Positions 8,792-18,572 of a stretch of DNA of 20,000 nt are shown here, one piece after another; positions within the stretch are counted from its first letter, which is position 1, and every line of letters begins with the position of its first letter. The notes under the pieces were generated by a model. It had not been told where the DNA came from and searched no databases. It saw only the letters and a list, made by a program, of their open reading frames with translations. The stretch comes from Pseudomonadota bacterium (GTDB taxonomy: Bacteria > Bdellovibrionota_F > JAHFAK01 > JBDREC01), in the NCBI GenBank assembly GCA_043820105.1, contig JBDREC010000039.1:49793-69792 (forward strand), read 5' to 3'. A program made the translations under genes and the position numbers.

Positions 8792-10300
8792 ATGCAGATT
8801 AAAGTGGATGAAATCTCTCAAATTATTAAGCAACAGATAAAAGATTTTGACAAGAAAGTTGTATTAAGCGAAACAGGTAGTATCGTAACAATTGGTGATG
8901 GTATTTGCAGAGTTTATGGTTTAGAAAATGCTATGTTTGGAGAACTTCTAGAATTTCCTGGGTCAACTTTTGGACTAGTTTTGAGCTTAGAAGAAAATAA
9001 TGTTGGTGTTGCTATTATGGGCGACTCAATTCATATCAAAGAAGGTGATACTGTAAAGAGAACAGGAAAGATTATCCAAGTTCCAGTAGGTGAAGAGCTT
9101 TGCGGCAGGGTTGTTAATGCTCTTGGTCAACCAATTGATGGTTTATCAGAACTTAAAACAGATAATTATCGTCGGGTTGAACTTAAAGCTCCTGGAATTG
9201 TTGACAGAAAATCGGTTCATGAGCCACTTCAAACTGGGTTAAAATCTGTTGATTCTATGATTCCAATTGGAAGAGGCCAAAGGGAATTGATTATTGGTGA
9301 TAGGCAAATCGGCAAAACCGCAATTGCTATTGATACAATTATTAACCAGAAAAACACTGATGTTTATTGTATATATGTTGCTATTGGCCAAAAACAATCA
9401 ACGGTAGCTAGTGTAGTTGACAAATTAAAATTCTACGGAGCAATGGAATACACCACAGTTGTTACCTCTAATGCCAACGATCCTGCTCCATTGCAGTTTA
9501 TCGCTCCGTATACCGGTGCTACAATGGGCGAATATTTTAGAGACAATGGAAAGCATGCTTTAGTTATCTATGATGATTTATCAAAGCACGCGGTTGCTTA
9601 TAGACAACTATCATTGCTTTTAAGAAGACCACCAGGGCGAGAAGCTTATCCTGGTGATGTTTTTTATCTGCACTCACGCTTATTAGAAAGAGCAGCAAAG
9701 ATGAGTGATGAAAGAGGAGGTGGATCCTTAACAGCTCTTCCTATTATTGAAACTCAAGCCGGTGATGTTACAGCATATATTCCAACTAACGTAATCTCTA
9801 TTACTGATGGTCAGATTTATCTTGAACCATCCCTTTTTTATTCCGGAATTAGGCCAGCAATTAATGCTGGAATTTCAGTATCACGTGTTGGGGGTAGCGC
9901 CCAGATTAAAGCCATGAAACAAGTTGCAGGATCTTTAAGGCTTGATTTGGCGCAGTTCAGAGAACAAGAAGCCTTTGCTCAATTCGGCAGTGACCTTGAT
10001 CCTGTTACTCAAAAACAACTCGAAAGAGGTCGAAGGCTTACTGAAATTTTAAAGCAAGGACAATATGTTCCATGTGCTGTTGAAAAACAAGTTGCTATAA
10101 TTTACGCAGCTATTAATGGATATACAGATAAGGTTGCTGTTGAGAAAATAAAAACTTATGAGCAAGATCTTTTAGAATTTCTTGAAAATAAGCATAAAAA
10201 TATTCTTGATGAGATTACAGAAAAGAAAGTCTTGGATGATGATCTAAAGAAAAAGCTTAATTCAGCTCTCGAGGAATTTTCAAAGAAATTTAATGGATAA
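8792..10300 (+). CDS. atpA: ATP synthase F1 subunit alpha
   Basis: [38 protein letters not shown]. Confidence 0.99.
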   Translation: MQIKVDEISQIIKQQIKDFDKKVVLSETGSIVTIGDGICRVYGLENAMFGELLEFPGSTFGLVLSLEENNVGVAIMGDSIHIKEGDTVKRTGKIIQVPVGEELCGRVVNALGQPIDGLSELKTDNYRRVELKAPGIVDRKSVHEPLQTGLKSVDSMIPIGRGQRELIIGDRQIGKTAIAIDTIINQKNTDVYCIYVAIGQKQSTVASVVDKLKFYGAMEYTTVVTSNANDPAPLQFIAPYTGATMGEYFRDNGKHALVIYDDLSKHAVAYRQLSLLLRRPPGREAYPGDVFYLHSRLLERAAKMSDERGGGSLTALPIIETQAGDVTAYIPTNVISITDGQIYLEPSLFYSGIRPAINAGISVSRVGGSAQIKAMKQVAGSLRLDLAQFREQEAFAQFGSDLDPVTQKQLERGRRLTEILKQGQYVPCAVEKQVAIIYAAINGYTDKVAVEKIKTYEQDLLEFLENKHKNILDEITEKKVLDDDLKKKLNSALEEFSKKFNG

Positions 10301-10314
10301 TAAAGAATAAAATT

Positions 10315-11181
10315 ATGGCGAATCTTAGAGATATAAAAAATAGAATTGTTAGCGTAAAAAAGAGTGAAAAAACTACTCGCGCCATGAAAATGGTATCAGC
10401 TGCAAAACTTCGAAAAACGCAGGAAAGGCTAGATAGATTTGCTCATTATGCTGATGCTTATGAAGGCAGCAAGAATAGTCTTATGAGAAGAATTGGCCTT
10501 GATTTCAGATCAATCTTTTTTGACAAAAGAAATGTGAAATCTGAGGCTGTCATTCTTTTAACCTCTGACAAAGGTTTATGCGGTAGCTATAATTCAAATT
10601 TAATTAAAAAATTTGATGACTATATTTCTTCTAATCATGCTGTTGCAAAAAGATTGATTTATACAATAGGAACAAAGGGTTTTGATTTCTTTAAAAAAAG
10701 ATTAGAAATTAATGAAAATTATGAAAAAGCTTCTTTTTCAAGCATCCCAGAGATTCTAAAATTATCAAATAAATTAAAAGACTTGTTTTTAAGTAAGGAA
10801 ATTGATCAGGTTGTTTTTATTTTCAATAACCTTATTTCAAAATCCCGCTCAGAAATAGCCTTAAAAACTCTTTTACCTGTTATTATAGAAGAAGATGAAA
10901 CAAAAGATACAGCCAAATTTGCTGTGGATTATATTTACGAGCCTTCAAAGGCTGAATTAGTAGATAATTATTTTTCAAAATATGTTGATGTGCAATTTGA
11001 AAGATTTATTTATGCATCAATGGCTTCAGAGAATTTAGCAAGAATGACCGCGATGTCCATTGCATCTAAGAATTGCGAAGAATTGATTGGCGCATTAACA
11101 TTACAATATAATAAAGCAAGACAAGCTTCCATTACAAAAGAACTTCTGGAAATTATCGGAAGTGCTGAGGCGATGAGGTGA
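10315..11181 (+). CDS. atpG: ATP synthase F1 subunit gamma
   Basis: TRAMKMVSAAK, TSDKGLCG, YNKARQASITKELLEII. Confidence 0.98.
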   Translation: MANLRDIKNRIVSVKKSEKTTRAMKMVSAAKLRKTQERLDRFAHYADAYEGSKNSLMRRIGLDFRSIFFDKRNVKSEAVILLTSDKGLCGSYNSNLIKKFDDYISSNHAVAKRLIYTIGTKGFDFFKKRLEINENYEKASFSSIPEILKLSNKLKDLFLSKEIDQVVFIFNNLISKSRSEIALKTLLPVIIEEDETKDTAKFAVDYIYEPSKAELVDNYFSKYVDVQFERFIYASMASENLARMTAMSIASKNCEELIGALTLQYNKARQASITKELLEIIGSAEAMR

Positions 11182-11193
11182 GGAGTGGTTTTT

Positions 11194-11266
11194 GGTATTC
11201 AGTATTTAGTATTCGGTATTCAGTTTTTATAACTCACTGAATACTAAATACAGAATACTGCATACA
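11194..11266. repeat. Palindromic heptamer element, copy 4
   Basis: GGTATTC AGTATTT AGTATTC GGTATTC - 17 nt - GAATACT AAATACA GAATACT GCATACA, between atpG and atpD. Confidence 0.9.
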
Positions 11267-11294
11267 AATTTAAGAATAATTTTGTTTTAATTAA

Positions 11295-12713
<1,419 letters not shown>

Positions 12714-12716
12714 ACC

Positions 12717-13109
12717 ATGCTTTTAAAAATTGTAACTTCTGAAAAACTTATATTTGAAGGTGAGGTAAAAGAGCTTTCAATATCAACTGACCTAGGGCAA
12801 GTTACTATCTTAAAAGACCACTTACCACTTTTTGCTAAACTAAAACCATCAATTCTATCTTTTGTTGAGCATAATAAAACTTCTAAAATTGTTGTAAACA
12901 CTGGATTTCTTGAGATGGAAAATAACCAGATAAATATTATGACTTCACAAGTAGTTTCAGAAGAAGACGAAATCGATTCAGCTAGCAATCAAAATGAACT
13001 TAAAAATATTTATAATACGCTTGGTAATGAAGGATATTCCAATGATAATATTGAGGAGCTGCTTGCGTTGAAAGATTATTTGGAAGCTATAATTGAATTG
13101 AAGAGTTAA
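12717..13109 (+). CDS. atpC: ATP synthase F1 subunit epsilon
   Basis: LKIVTSE, GQVTILKDH, GFLEM; follows atpD. Confidence 0.92.
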   Translation: MLLKIVTSEKLIFEGEVKELSISTDLGQVTILKDHLPLFAKLKPSILSFVEHNKTSKIVVNTGFLEMENNQINIMTSQVVSEEDEIDSASNQNELKNIYNTLGNEGYSNDNIEELLALKDYLEAIIELKS

Positions 13110-13111
13110 TT

Positions 13112-13687
13112 TTATTGTCTTTTCTTAACCTGTATCTTTAATTTCCCATCTTCAACATGCACATTATATTTAACCCCTTGATTTTTAAATTTTTTCTCGA
13201 GATCAATTACCTTGTGCCTTAAAGCCTGATCGAATTTAACAAAATCAAGATTATCAATGTTTTGCCCCTTTGCGAGGCGGTGGTTAACAATATCATTGTA
13301 AAGCTTCATCGCATGTTTTTTATCTCTAACATTGTAACCTTCACGGGATCGTCTTTTTTCTTCAAGCAAGGCCTGTTCTTGCTGTTTTTGTCTAAAAAGC
13401 TCTCTTTTATAGGTTCCATCAAGAATTTGTTTTTGAATTTTATCCCAGTGTGTTTTGAAGGTTAGATACTTTGCTTTTATCATTCTTAGTTTAAACTTTA
13501 GGGAGGTGCTTTGAAAGTAAATATTGTCAATGCGCCGAAACTCTCTTTCAATTCTATCTCGTTCTTCTAGGGGTTCTCTAAATTCAAGACCAATAAAATA
13601 TTTTTCATAACTTATTTTAAGGCCACCTATTGCTTCTTCAAGCCTAATAATATCTTTTTCAATTGCTTTTTTATCTGTTAGTGCCAT
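13112..13687 (-). CDS. MXAN_5187 C-terminal domain-like protein
   Basis: LKISYEKYFIGLE..EP, WDK...I..GTY.R and C-terminal V.DGK.KI pattern, recognised from memory of this family. Confidence 0.7.
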   Translation of the reverse strand: MALTDKKAIEKDIIRLEEAIGGLKISYEKYFIGLEFREPLEERDRIEREFRRIDNIYFQSTSLKFKLRMIKAKYLTFKTHWDKIQKQILDGTYKRELFRQKQQEQALLEEKRRSREGYNVRDKKHAMKLYNDIVNHRLAKGQNIDNLDFVKFDQALRHKVIDLEKKFKNQGVKYNVHVEDGKLKIQVKKRQ

Positions 13688-13776
13688 GGGGTAAATATTA
13701 TAAAATGTTAGGATAAAAGCAAGATAAAATGATAATGGCGAGGTAAGAAGTGGTTTTTATTAATTCGACTACTTCA

Positions 13777-15159
13777 TTAATTGCTTTGTAGGTCCACTAC
13801 ATAGCCAAGTGGTGAATAATCAATTGCTGAATCCACCATACCAATTACCGCTCTTGTAAGTTCAGAATCAAAGTCACCAGTGTGCTGTGAGCCGTCAGCT
13901 TCGGTTACTTTTCCTTGGCCCTGTGGCACACCACTTACAAAGGTGCCTGTCCATTGTGAGCCATCATTAAGTGTTATTGTTCCCTGGCCGTTTGGTTTGT
14001 CATCTTTGAATTGTCCTTTGTATTTTCGGCCTTCTACTAGGGTAGCTGATCCAAAACCATTGGCTCTACCATCTCTAAATTCTCCTTGATATTGTCGACC
14101 ATCGCCATATGTCAAGGTTCCTTGTCCGTGGTAAGTTCCATTCGCAAAATCTCCAGAATAAGTAAATTCTTTAACCTTAAGAACACCTTTGCCGTGTTGC
14201 TTGCCATCTCTAAACTCTCCTTCATAATAATCAAACCCATTTATTTTCATTGTTCCGTGGCCTTGCTGTAGCCCAGAACTGTCAAGCTGACCACTAAAGG
14301 TAATGTTTTTGCCAGGTTCTTCATAAATAACTTGCCCTTGGACTGAATTGAAGCCCTCTTGCCCTGCTACTTGGCCTCTATCATCATAATTTGTATAGTC
14401 TCTTCTAATTAAGCTGCCATCTTGAAAATAATATTCTGTGACTTCTTTTTTAACACCACCTGTACGTTCTGCGAAAGTTATGCGCTTTTCTTTTAATTTA
14501 CCATCTGCACTGTAGCTAAATTCATCTGTTCTAGAGCCTTTTAAAATTTCTTGGCCATCTACTAATTCATATTCACTGGCTTCTTGAGAAACAATTTTTC
14601 CATCTTTATATTTTTTTGTTGTGGCTTTTTTTAGGTTCTTGCCAAACACACCATATTCATAGTCTATTACAACATCATTTGAACCATCGTTATCTAGGTC
14701 TTTTATTTCCTGAATAGGATTACCGTTTTCATTATAAATGACAGTATGTGTACTTAGCACTTTATCGTTTTCAATTTTTCCACAAGTCTTGGAATATGTT
14801 TTATCTTCAGAGTATTCATATCCACAAATTCTATCAACAATGCCATCACCATCAAAATCTATTTCTTCTTCTAAAATTCTTCCATTTCGATCCTTATAAA
14901 CTTTTGCTTCAGAGTCTATCCAATCACTTCCATAGGTTTCTGTGTCATGTTTTCTTATTTCAACTGCGACAAAAATGCTTGGAAGCTCTTCATCACCAAG
15001 GATAATTAGATTATCGCCAATTGCTTCAATTAACTCAACGATAATTCCCTTTTGACAGGTCTTGGTGCTTCTTTGAGTTTCTTGTGAAAAAGCGAATTGA
15101 CTCGTAAAAATTACTGATAATGCTGTAATAATTGATAACTTAAAAAATAATGCTTTCAT
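13777..15159 (-). CDS. Secreted protein with DxDxDG/YD-like repeats and C-terminal MORN repeats
   Basis: Signal peptide ending AFS-Q; DFDGDG and DLDNDG motifs; about 5-6 MORN units (YEGEFRDGKQHGKG, YSGDFANGTYHGQG, YQGEFRDGRANGFG...); SD AAGGAGG. Confidence 0.85.
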   Translation of the reverse strand: MKALFFKLSIITALSVIFTSQFAFSQETQRSTKTCQKGIIVELIEAIGDNLIILGDEELPSIFVAVEIRKHDTETYGSDWIDSEAKVYKDRNGRILEEEIDFDGDGIVDRICGYEYSEDKTYSKTCGKIENDKVLSTHTVIYNENGNPIQEIKDLDNDGSNDVVIDYEYGVFGKNLKKATTKKYKDGKIVSQEASEYELVDGQEILKGSRTDEFSYSADGKLKEKRITFAERTGGVKKEVTEYYFQDGSLIRRDYTNYDDRGQVAGQEGFNSVQGQVIYEEPGKNITFSGQLDSSGLQQGHGTMKINGFDYYEGEFRDGKQHGKGVLKVKEFTYSGDFANGTYHGQGTLTYGDGRQYQGEFRDGRANGFGSATLVEGRKYKGQFKDDKPNGQGTITLNDGSQWTGTFVSGVPQGQGKVTEADGSQHTGDFDSELTRAVIGMVDSAIDYSPLGYVVDLQSN

Positions 15160-15225
15160 ATTCCAATTCCTCCTTAATTAATAGCCATAAAGTTTTGATT
15201 ATTGCTAATCTTTGTTTATCTATAA

Positions 15226-15241
15226 AGCAGGTTTTGTGCCA
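15226..15241 (-). promoter_or_regulatory. Sigma-54 (-24/-12) promoter of the MORN gene
   Basis: Minus strand TGGCACAAAACCTGCT: GG-N10-GC. Confidence 0.8.
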
Positions 15242-15299
15242 AAAATTTTGATTTTTGATAATTCAATAAATAACAAATGCTTAGCTTGTGTTTGTGATA

Positions 15300-15345
15300 C
15301 ATTTATTAAGTTAAAACTTGTGGATTTTTTGTGGACTTGTAAAAA
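15300..15345. repeat. 46-bp exact duplicate (copy A), putative enhancer/UAS
   Basis: CATTTATTAAGTTAAAACTTGTGGATTTTTTGTGGACTTGTAAAAA, identical to 18573-18618. Confidence 0.9.
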
Positions 15346-15387
15346 GATGGCGCCCTGATAGCATTTCATCCATGGGAAACTAGCGCT

Positions 15388-15810
15388 GTGAAAGGTTTTT
15401 ATCAGAGATTTACTTCAAAAAGAAAATTATTTGGAAATTATACGATTAAAATAGATGATAATAAAGACTTAGAAGATTTCCCCAAACAATACTTTAATAA
15501 AGTAATAAAAAAGATAAAATTTGAAAACCATGAAGGAAAAGAAATTTATAATACGTATATTGGAAATAATGATGGTCAGGAGGAAACAATACCTGTTCGA
15601 TTATCAGGCGAAAAACTTGAAATAAGCTATTATCTGACAAGTGGATTTGGAAATGTAGCATCTTATACTTATTTTGGCGTATATAACCAGGACGGCTTAT
15701 TATTGAGTCCAGATGATTTTGAATTTGAAAGCGGGGTGCTTGATGAAAAGGTTCATGATATAATGGATGTTATTGTAGAAAGCTTCAATGAACCTGTTCC
15801 TAATTCCTGA
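15388..15810 (+). CDS. Hypothetical protein, probably a truncated gene remnant
   Basis: 140-aa ORF with protein-like composition. GTG start has no SD, and the frame stays open back to 15343. Confidence 0.5.
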   Translation: MKGFYQRFTSKRKLFGNYTIKIDDNKDLEDFPKQYFNKVIKKIKFENHEGKEIYNTYIGNNDGQEETIPVRLSGEKLEISYYLTSGFGNVASYTYFGVYNQDGLLLSPDDFEFESGVLDEKVHDIMDVIVESFNEPVPNS

Positions 15811-15993
15811 TCGAAAAGAAAATGTATGCCCTGTTAATGTGCCATGGGACGACAGAACAAAAAGGAACATGCGCTTTTTTCAGTTTTCAGATAATAGAAT
15901 CTTCTTATTTTAATACGCTATTGAAAATTTTGGATCATCTCCAATCTGAGTACCCACAAAGAATAATTTTTCTATAAACATAACACACTATTA

Positions 15994-16050
15994 GATTAGG
16001 ATTAGGATTAAGTTTAGGATTAAGATTAAGATTAAGATTAAGATGATTAG
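15994..16050. repeat. Tandem hexamer array (GATTAR)n, left flank of the four-helix-bundle cassette
   Basis: GATTAG GATTAG GATTAA GTTTAG GATTAA GATTAA GATTAA GATTAA GAT GATTAG. Confidence 0.92.
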
Positions 16051-16385
16051 CTCATTTTATAGAGCATTCTGACGATTTGTAGGAGTTGATCTTTGAAGTA
16101 GGAATGTAGATCTTTAGAAATGAGATTAAAAGAAAAGAGAAGATCAAATACTGCTGAGCTTTCTGATGCTGAGCCAATTGCAATTTCAAAAAATCGTTTT
16201 CGTTCAGTTGAGGACTTTCGATAGACTCCTTCTGCAATATTTAGCACGATACTCGCGAGTGCTCTTTTCAACTGATCATTGAGGTAAGCATAGCCTTTTG
16301 GCATTTTTTTTGCTAAAGCCCGATTCGCTTCTTTTGATACAAATAAACTCATTTGATAACACTTAAGTTTTTCATGAATTAGCAT
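16047..16385 (-). CDS. Four helix bundle protein (23S rRNA IVP / bAvd-like family)
   Basis: HEKL.CYQ, L.DQLKRA..SIVLNIAEG, RFFEIAIGSASE signature; SD AGGAGG. Confidence 0.92.
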   Translation of the reverse strand: MLIHEKLKCYQMSLFVSKEANRALAKKMPKGYAYLNDQLKRALASIVLNIAEGVYRKSSTERKRFFEIAIGSASESSAVFDLLFSFNLISKDLHSYFKDQLLQIVRMLYKMS

Positions 16386-16391
16386 AATTAG

Positions 16392-16451
16392 TGACCTCCT
16401 AAATTAAATTGTTCTTTCATATGTGCAAGAACAATTTAATTTAGGAGGTCA
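16392..16451. repeat. Perfect 25-bp inverted repeat (10-nt loop) containing both SD sequences
   Basis: TGACCTCCTAAATTAAATTGTTCTT-tcatatgtgc-AAGAACAATTTAATTTAGGAGGTCA. Confidence 0.97.
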
Positions 16452-16453
16452 AT

Positions 16454-16804
16454 ATGTATTACTTTAGTCATGAAAAACTTAATTGTTATCAGGAGCTTAT
16501 CGCGACATAAAAAGAAGCAATCGGGCTGGCAAAAAATATGCCAAAAGGCTATGCTTACCTCGCAGACCAACTGAAAAGAGCAGCGGTTTCATCCGTTTGT
16601 AATCTAGCTGAAGGCAATAGTAAAACAAGTCTAAAAGACAGAAGACGCTTCTTTGACATCTCACTTGGCTCAATAGCTGAAATCTGCGCCTGTCTTGACC
16701 TTCTTGACTCTTTAGATCTTGACTCTTTTTCTTCTTCTTCTTTAATCTTATCTCTAAAAAAACGATACCAATCTATCTATTCCATGATCTTCAAATTGAA
16801 ATAA
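16454..16804 (+). pseudogene. Four helix bundle protein paralogue with in-frame stop
   Basis: ATG 16454 follows AGGAGG: MYYFSHEKLNCYQELIAT*KEAIGLAKNMPKGYAYLADQLKRAAVSSVCNLAEG... The TAA at 16508-16510 aligns to TCA (Ser) in the paralogue. Confidence 0.85.
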
Positions 16805-16828
16805 ATATTTCTATATATAAAATCAATG

Positions 16829-16876
16829 GATTAAGCTTAGGATTATGATTAAGATTAAAATGAGGCTTTAGATTAT
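16829..16876. repeat. Degenerate hexamer array (GATTAR)n, right flank of the cassette
   Basis: GATTAA GCTTAG GATTAT GATTAA GATTAA AATGAG GCTTTA GATTAT; same orientation as the left array. Confidence 0.8.
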
Positions 16877-18351
16877 TCAGTTCCTTCTTTATCCAAGATA
16901 CCTCTTACCGTAACAGGTGTATATGAAGATGAATCTTCAGATCCATTACCTAATTGGCCATATTCATTGCTGCCCCAGCATTTTACTGCACCGTCTCCAT
17001 TGAGAACACAAGTGGCATATCCACCGGCTGAGATACTAACTGCCTTTTCCATTGTTGCCATTGTATAGGGAGAAGATGTCTCATCGGCTGCTTCATAGCC
17101 AAGTTGTCCATGGCTATTATAACCCCAACATTGTATATTCTTATCTGAATCGAGTGCACATGAATGAGCGCTACCTGAGGCAATCATTACAATATTCTCA
17201 ACACCATCTACAGAAGCAAAATCTTCACTGAAACTAGCTTCAGTATTTCCTAATTCCCCATGTTTATTATTACCCCAGCATACTACAGAAGAATCACGGT
17301 TTAATATTCCACATGTATGTTGTCCATGGGTTGAAATGTCTGAAAATATTAAATTTGATTTTGGGCTTGCAGGAACTAGAATGGAGTTATCACTTGGATC
17401 ATCGTCAAGGTTATCTTCTCTTCCACATTGACCATATCTATTGTCTCCCCAGCACTTTAGCTTTCCATTTTCAAGCAATGCACAGCTATGATAACTGCTT
17501 GAAAAAATAAGGCTTGCATTGGACAACCTATCAACAGGTAGTGGAATAGTAGAATAAGGAATAGATGAATCATTTATACCGAGCTCACCATGGTCATTGT
17601 ATCCCCAGCATGAAGCATCTCCATCAGATAAAACAGCACAAGTAAAATAGTTCCCGGCTGAAACTGAAAGGGCGGAAGTTATTGATAAAACTTCAACTGG
17701 CGTCGAGCTATTTGTTTTTGTTCCATCACCTAGCTGGCCATAATTATTGTGTCCCCAGCAATAGACTTTTCCTGAATCAATAACAGCGCAAGTATGAGTA
17801 GAACCCGCCGAAATTTGAGTAATATTCTCGAGATCACTGCTTTCAATAGCAGTATTTTCATAATCCTTATCACTACCTCTTCCTAATTGACCGTATTGAT
17901 TTCTTCCCCAACATTTTACTTTTCCTGTTTTTAAAAGCACGCAATTGTGGGCTGATCCACTTACTAGCATTGAAATTGGATTTTCTTCTTCAACAGTTCC
18001 ATCACCATCAGCTTCGCCATCACCGTCTCCATCGCCATCACCATCGCCATCACCGTCTCCATCGCCATCACCGTCTCCATCACCGTCGCCATCGCCATCG
18101 CCGTCTCCATCACCATCGCCGTCTCCATCACCGTCGCCATCGCCATCGCCGTCTCCATCGCCATCACCTTTAACAGCATCATTGCTCTCAACAAGGTCTA
18201 TTGTTTCAGTACTAATATTCTGACTTGAAGGGGTGTCTGCTGTTAATAACACTTGCTCTGCAAGTTCTTCTTCATTTCCTGAAGAGCAGGAAAGAGCTAT
18301 TGTCAATATTGAAATTAATAAAATTAAAATTCCTAAAAAATTTACTTTCAT
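16873..18351 (-). CDS. RCC1/BLIP-II-like beta-propeller lipoprotein with poly-GD linker
   Basis: Signal peptide ending ALS-C; (GD)25 linker; seven CWG.N..G(Q/E) repeats; SD AAGGAGG. Confidence 0.9.
   Translation of the reverse strand: MKVNFLGILILLISILTIALSCSSGNEEELAEQVLLTADTPSSQNISTETIDLVESNDAVKGDGDGDGDGDGDGDGDGDGDGDGDGDGDGDGDGDGDGDGDGDGDGDGDGDGEADGDGTVEEENPISMLVSGSAHNCVLLKTGKVKCWGRNQYGQLGRGSDKDYENTAIESSDLENITQISAGSTHTCAVIDSGKVYCWGHNNYGQLGDGTKTNSSTPVEVLSITSALSVSAGNYFTCAVLSDGDASCWGYNDHGELGINDSSIPYSTIPLPVDRLSNASLIFSSSYHSCALLENGKLKCWGDNRYGQCGREDNLDDDPSDNSILVPASPKSNLIFSDISTHGQHTCGILNRDSSVVCWGNNKHGELGNTEASFSEDFASVDGVENIVMIASGSAHSCALDSDKNIQCWGYNSHGQLGYEAADETSSPYTMATMEKAVSISAGGYATCVLNGDGAVKCWGSNEYGQLGNGSEDSSSYTPVTVRGILDKEGTE
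18016..18168 (-). repeat. Coding hexamer repeat (GGNGAY)25 encoding (GD)25
   Basis: 150 nt of Gly-Asp codon pairs with synonymous variation. Confidence 0.95.
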
Positions 18352-18498
18352 TTCTTCCTCCTTAGAATGGTTTTTTATTTCCTTATATTTAATATGGCGT
18401 TTTTTTGCCTTTTCTTTTTAAATTAAGCAGCCAACTTATTGGCTGGCTGCTTTACTTTGGAGTAATTAAAGGTTTTTATCATCTGATTTATATCTAAA

Positions 18499-18514
18499 AG
18501 CAAGGCTTGTGCCA
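18499..18514 (-). promoter_or_regulatory. Sigma-54 (-24/-12) promoter of the RCC1 gene
   Basis: Minus strand TGGCACAAGCCTTGCT, near-consensus. Confidence 0.85.
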
Positions 18515-18572
18515 TAATTAATGATTTTGAATAATCATAAACAAAACAAAGCGTTATACATTGACAGGCTTG

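Noticed and set aside
15352-15849. GCCCTG...CCATGGGA motifs flanking the 140-aa ORF as cassette ends
   Set aside because: Short, with unequal spacing, explainable as Pro-Trp-Glu/Asp codons, and no attC structure.
16508-16510. Stop-codon recoding or alternative genetic code
   Set aside because: TAA is the normal stop for most genes here, and a single substitution explains it.
16047-16804. Diversity-generating retroelement or 23S rRNA intervening sequence
   Set aside because: No reverse transcriptase, no TR/VR pair with adenine-specific mismatches and no rRNA sequence seen in the window.
16538-16804. 88-aa ORF as an intact gene
   Set aside because: The SD and the conserved HEKL..YQ N-terminus lie upstream, beyond an in-frame stop.
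17945-18223. Poly-SP, poly-H/R and MAMETV ORFs
   Set aside because: Alternative-frame shadows of the (GD)n coding repeat.
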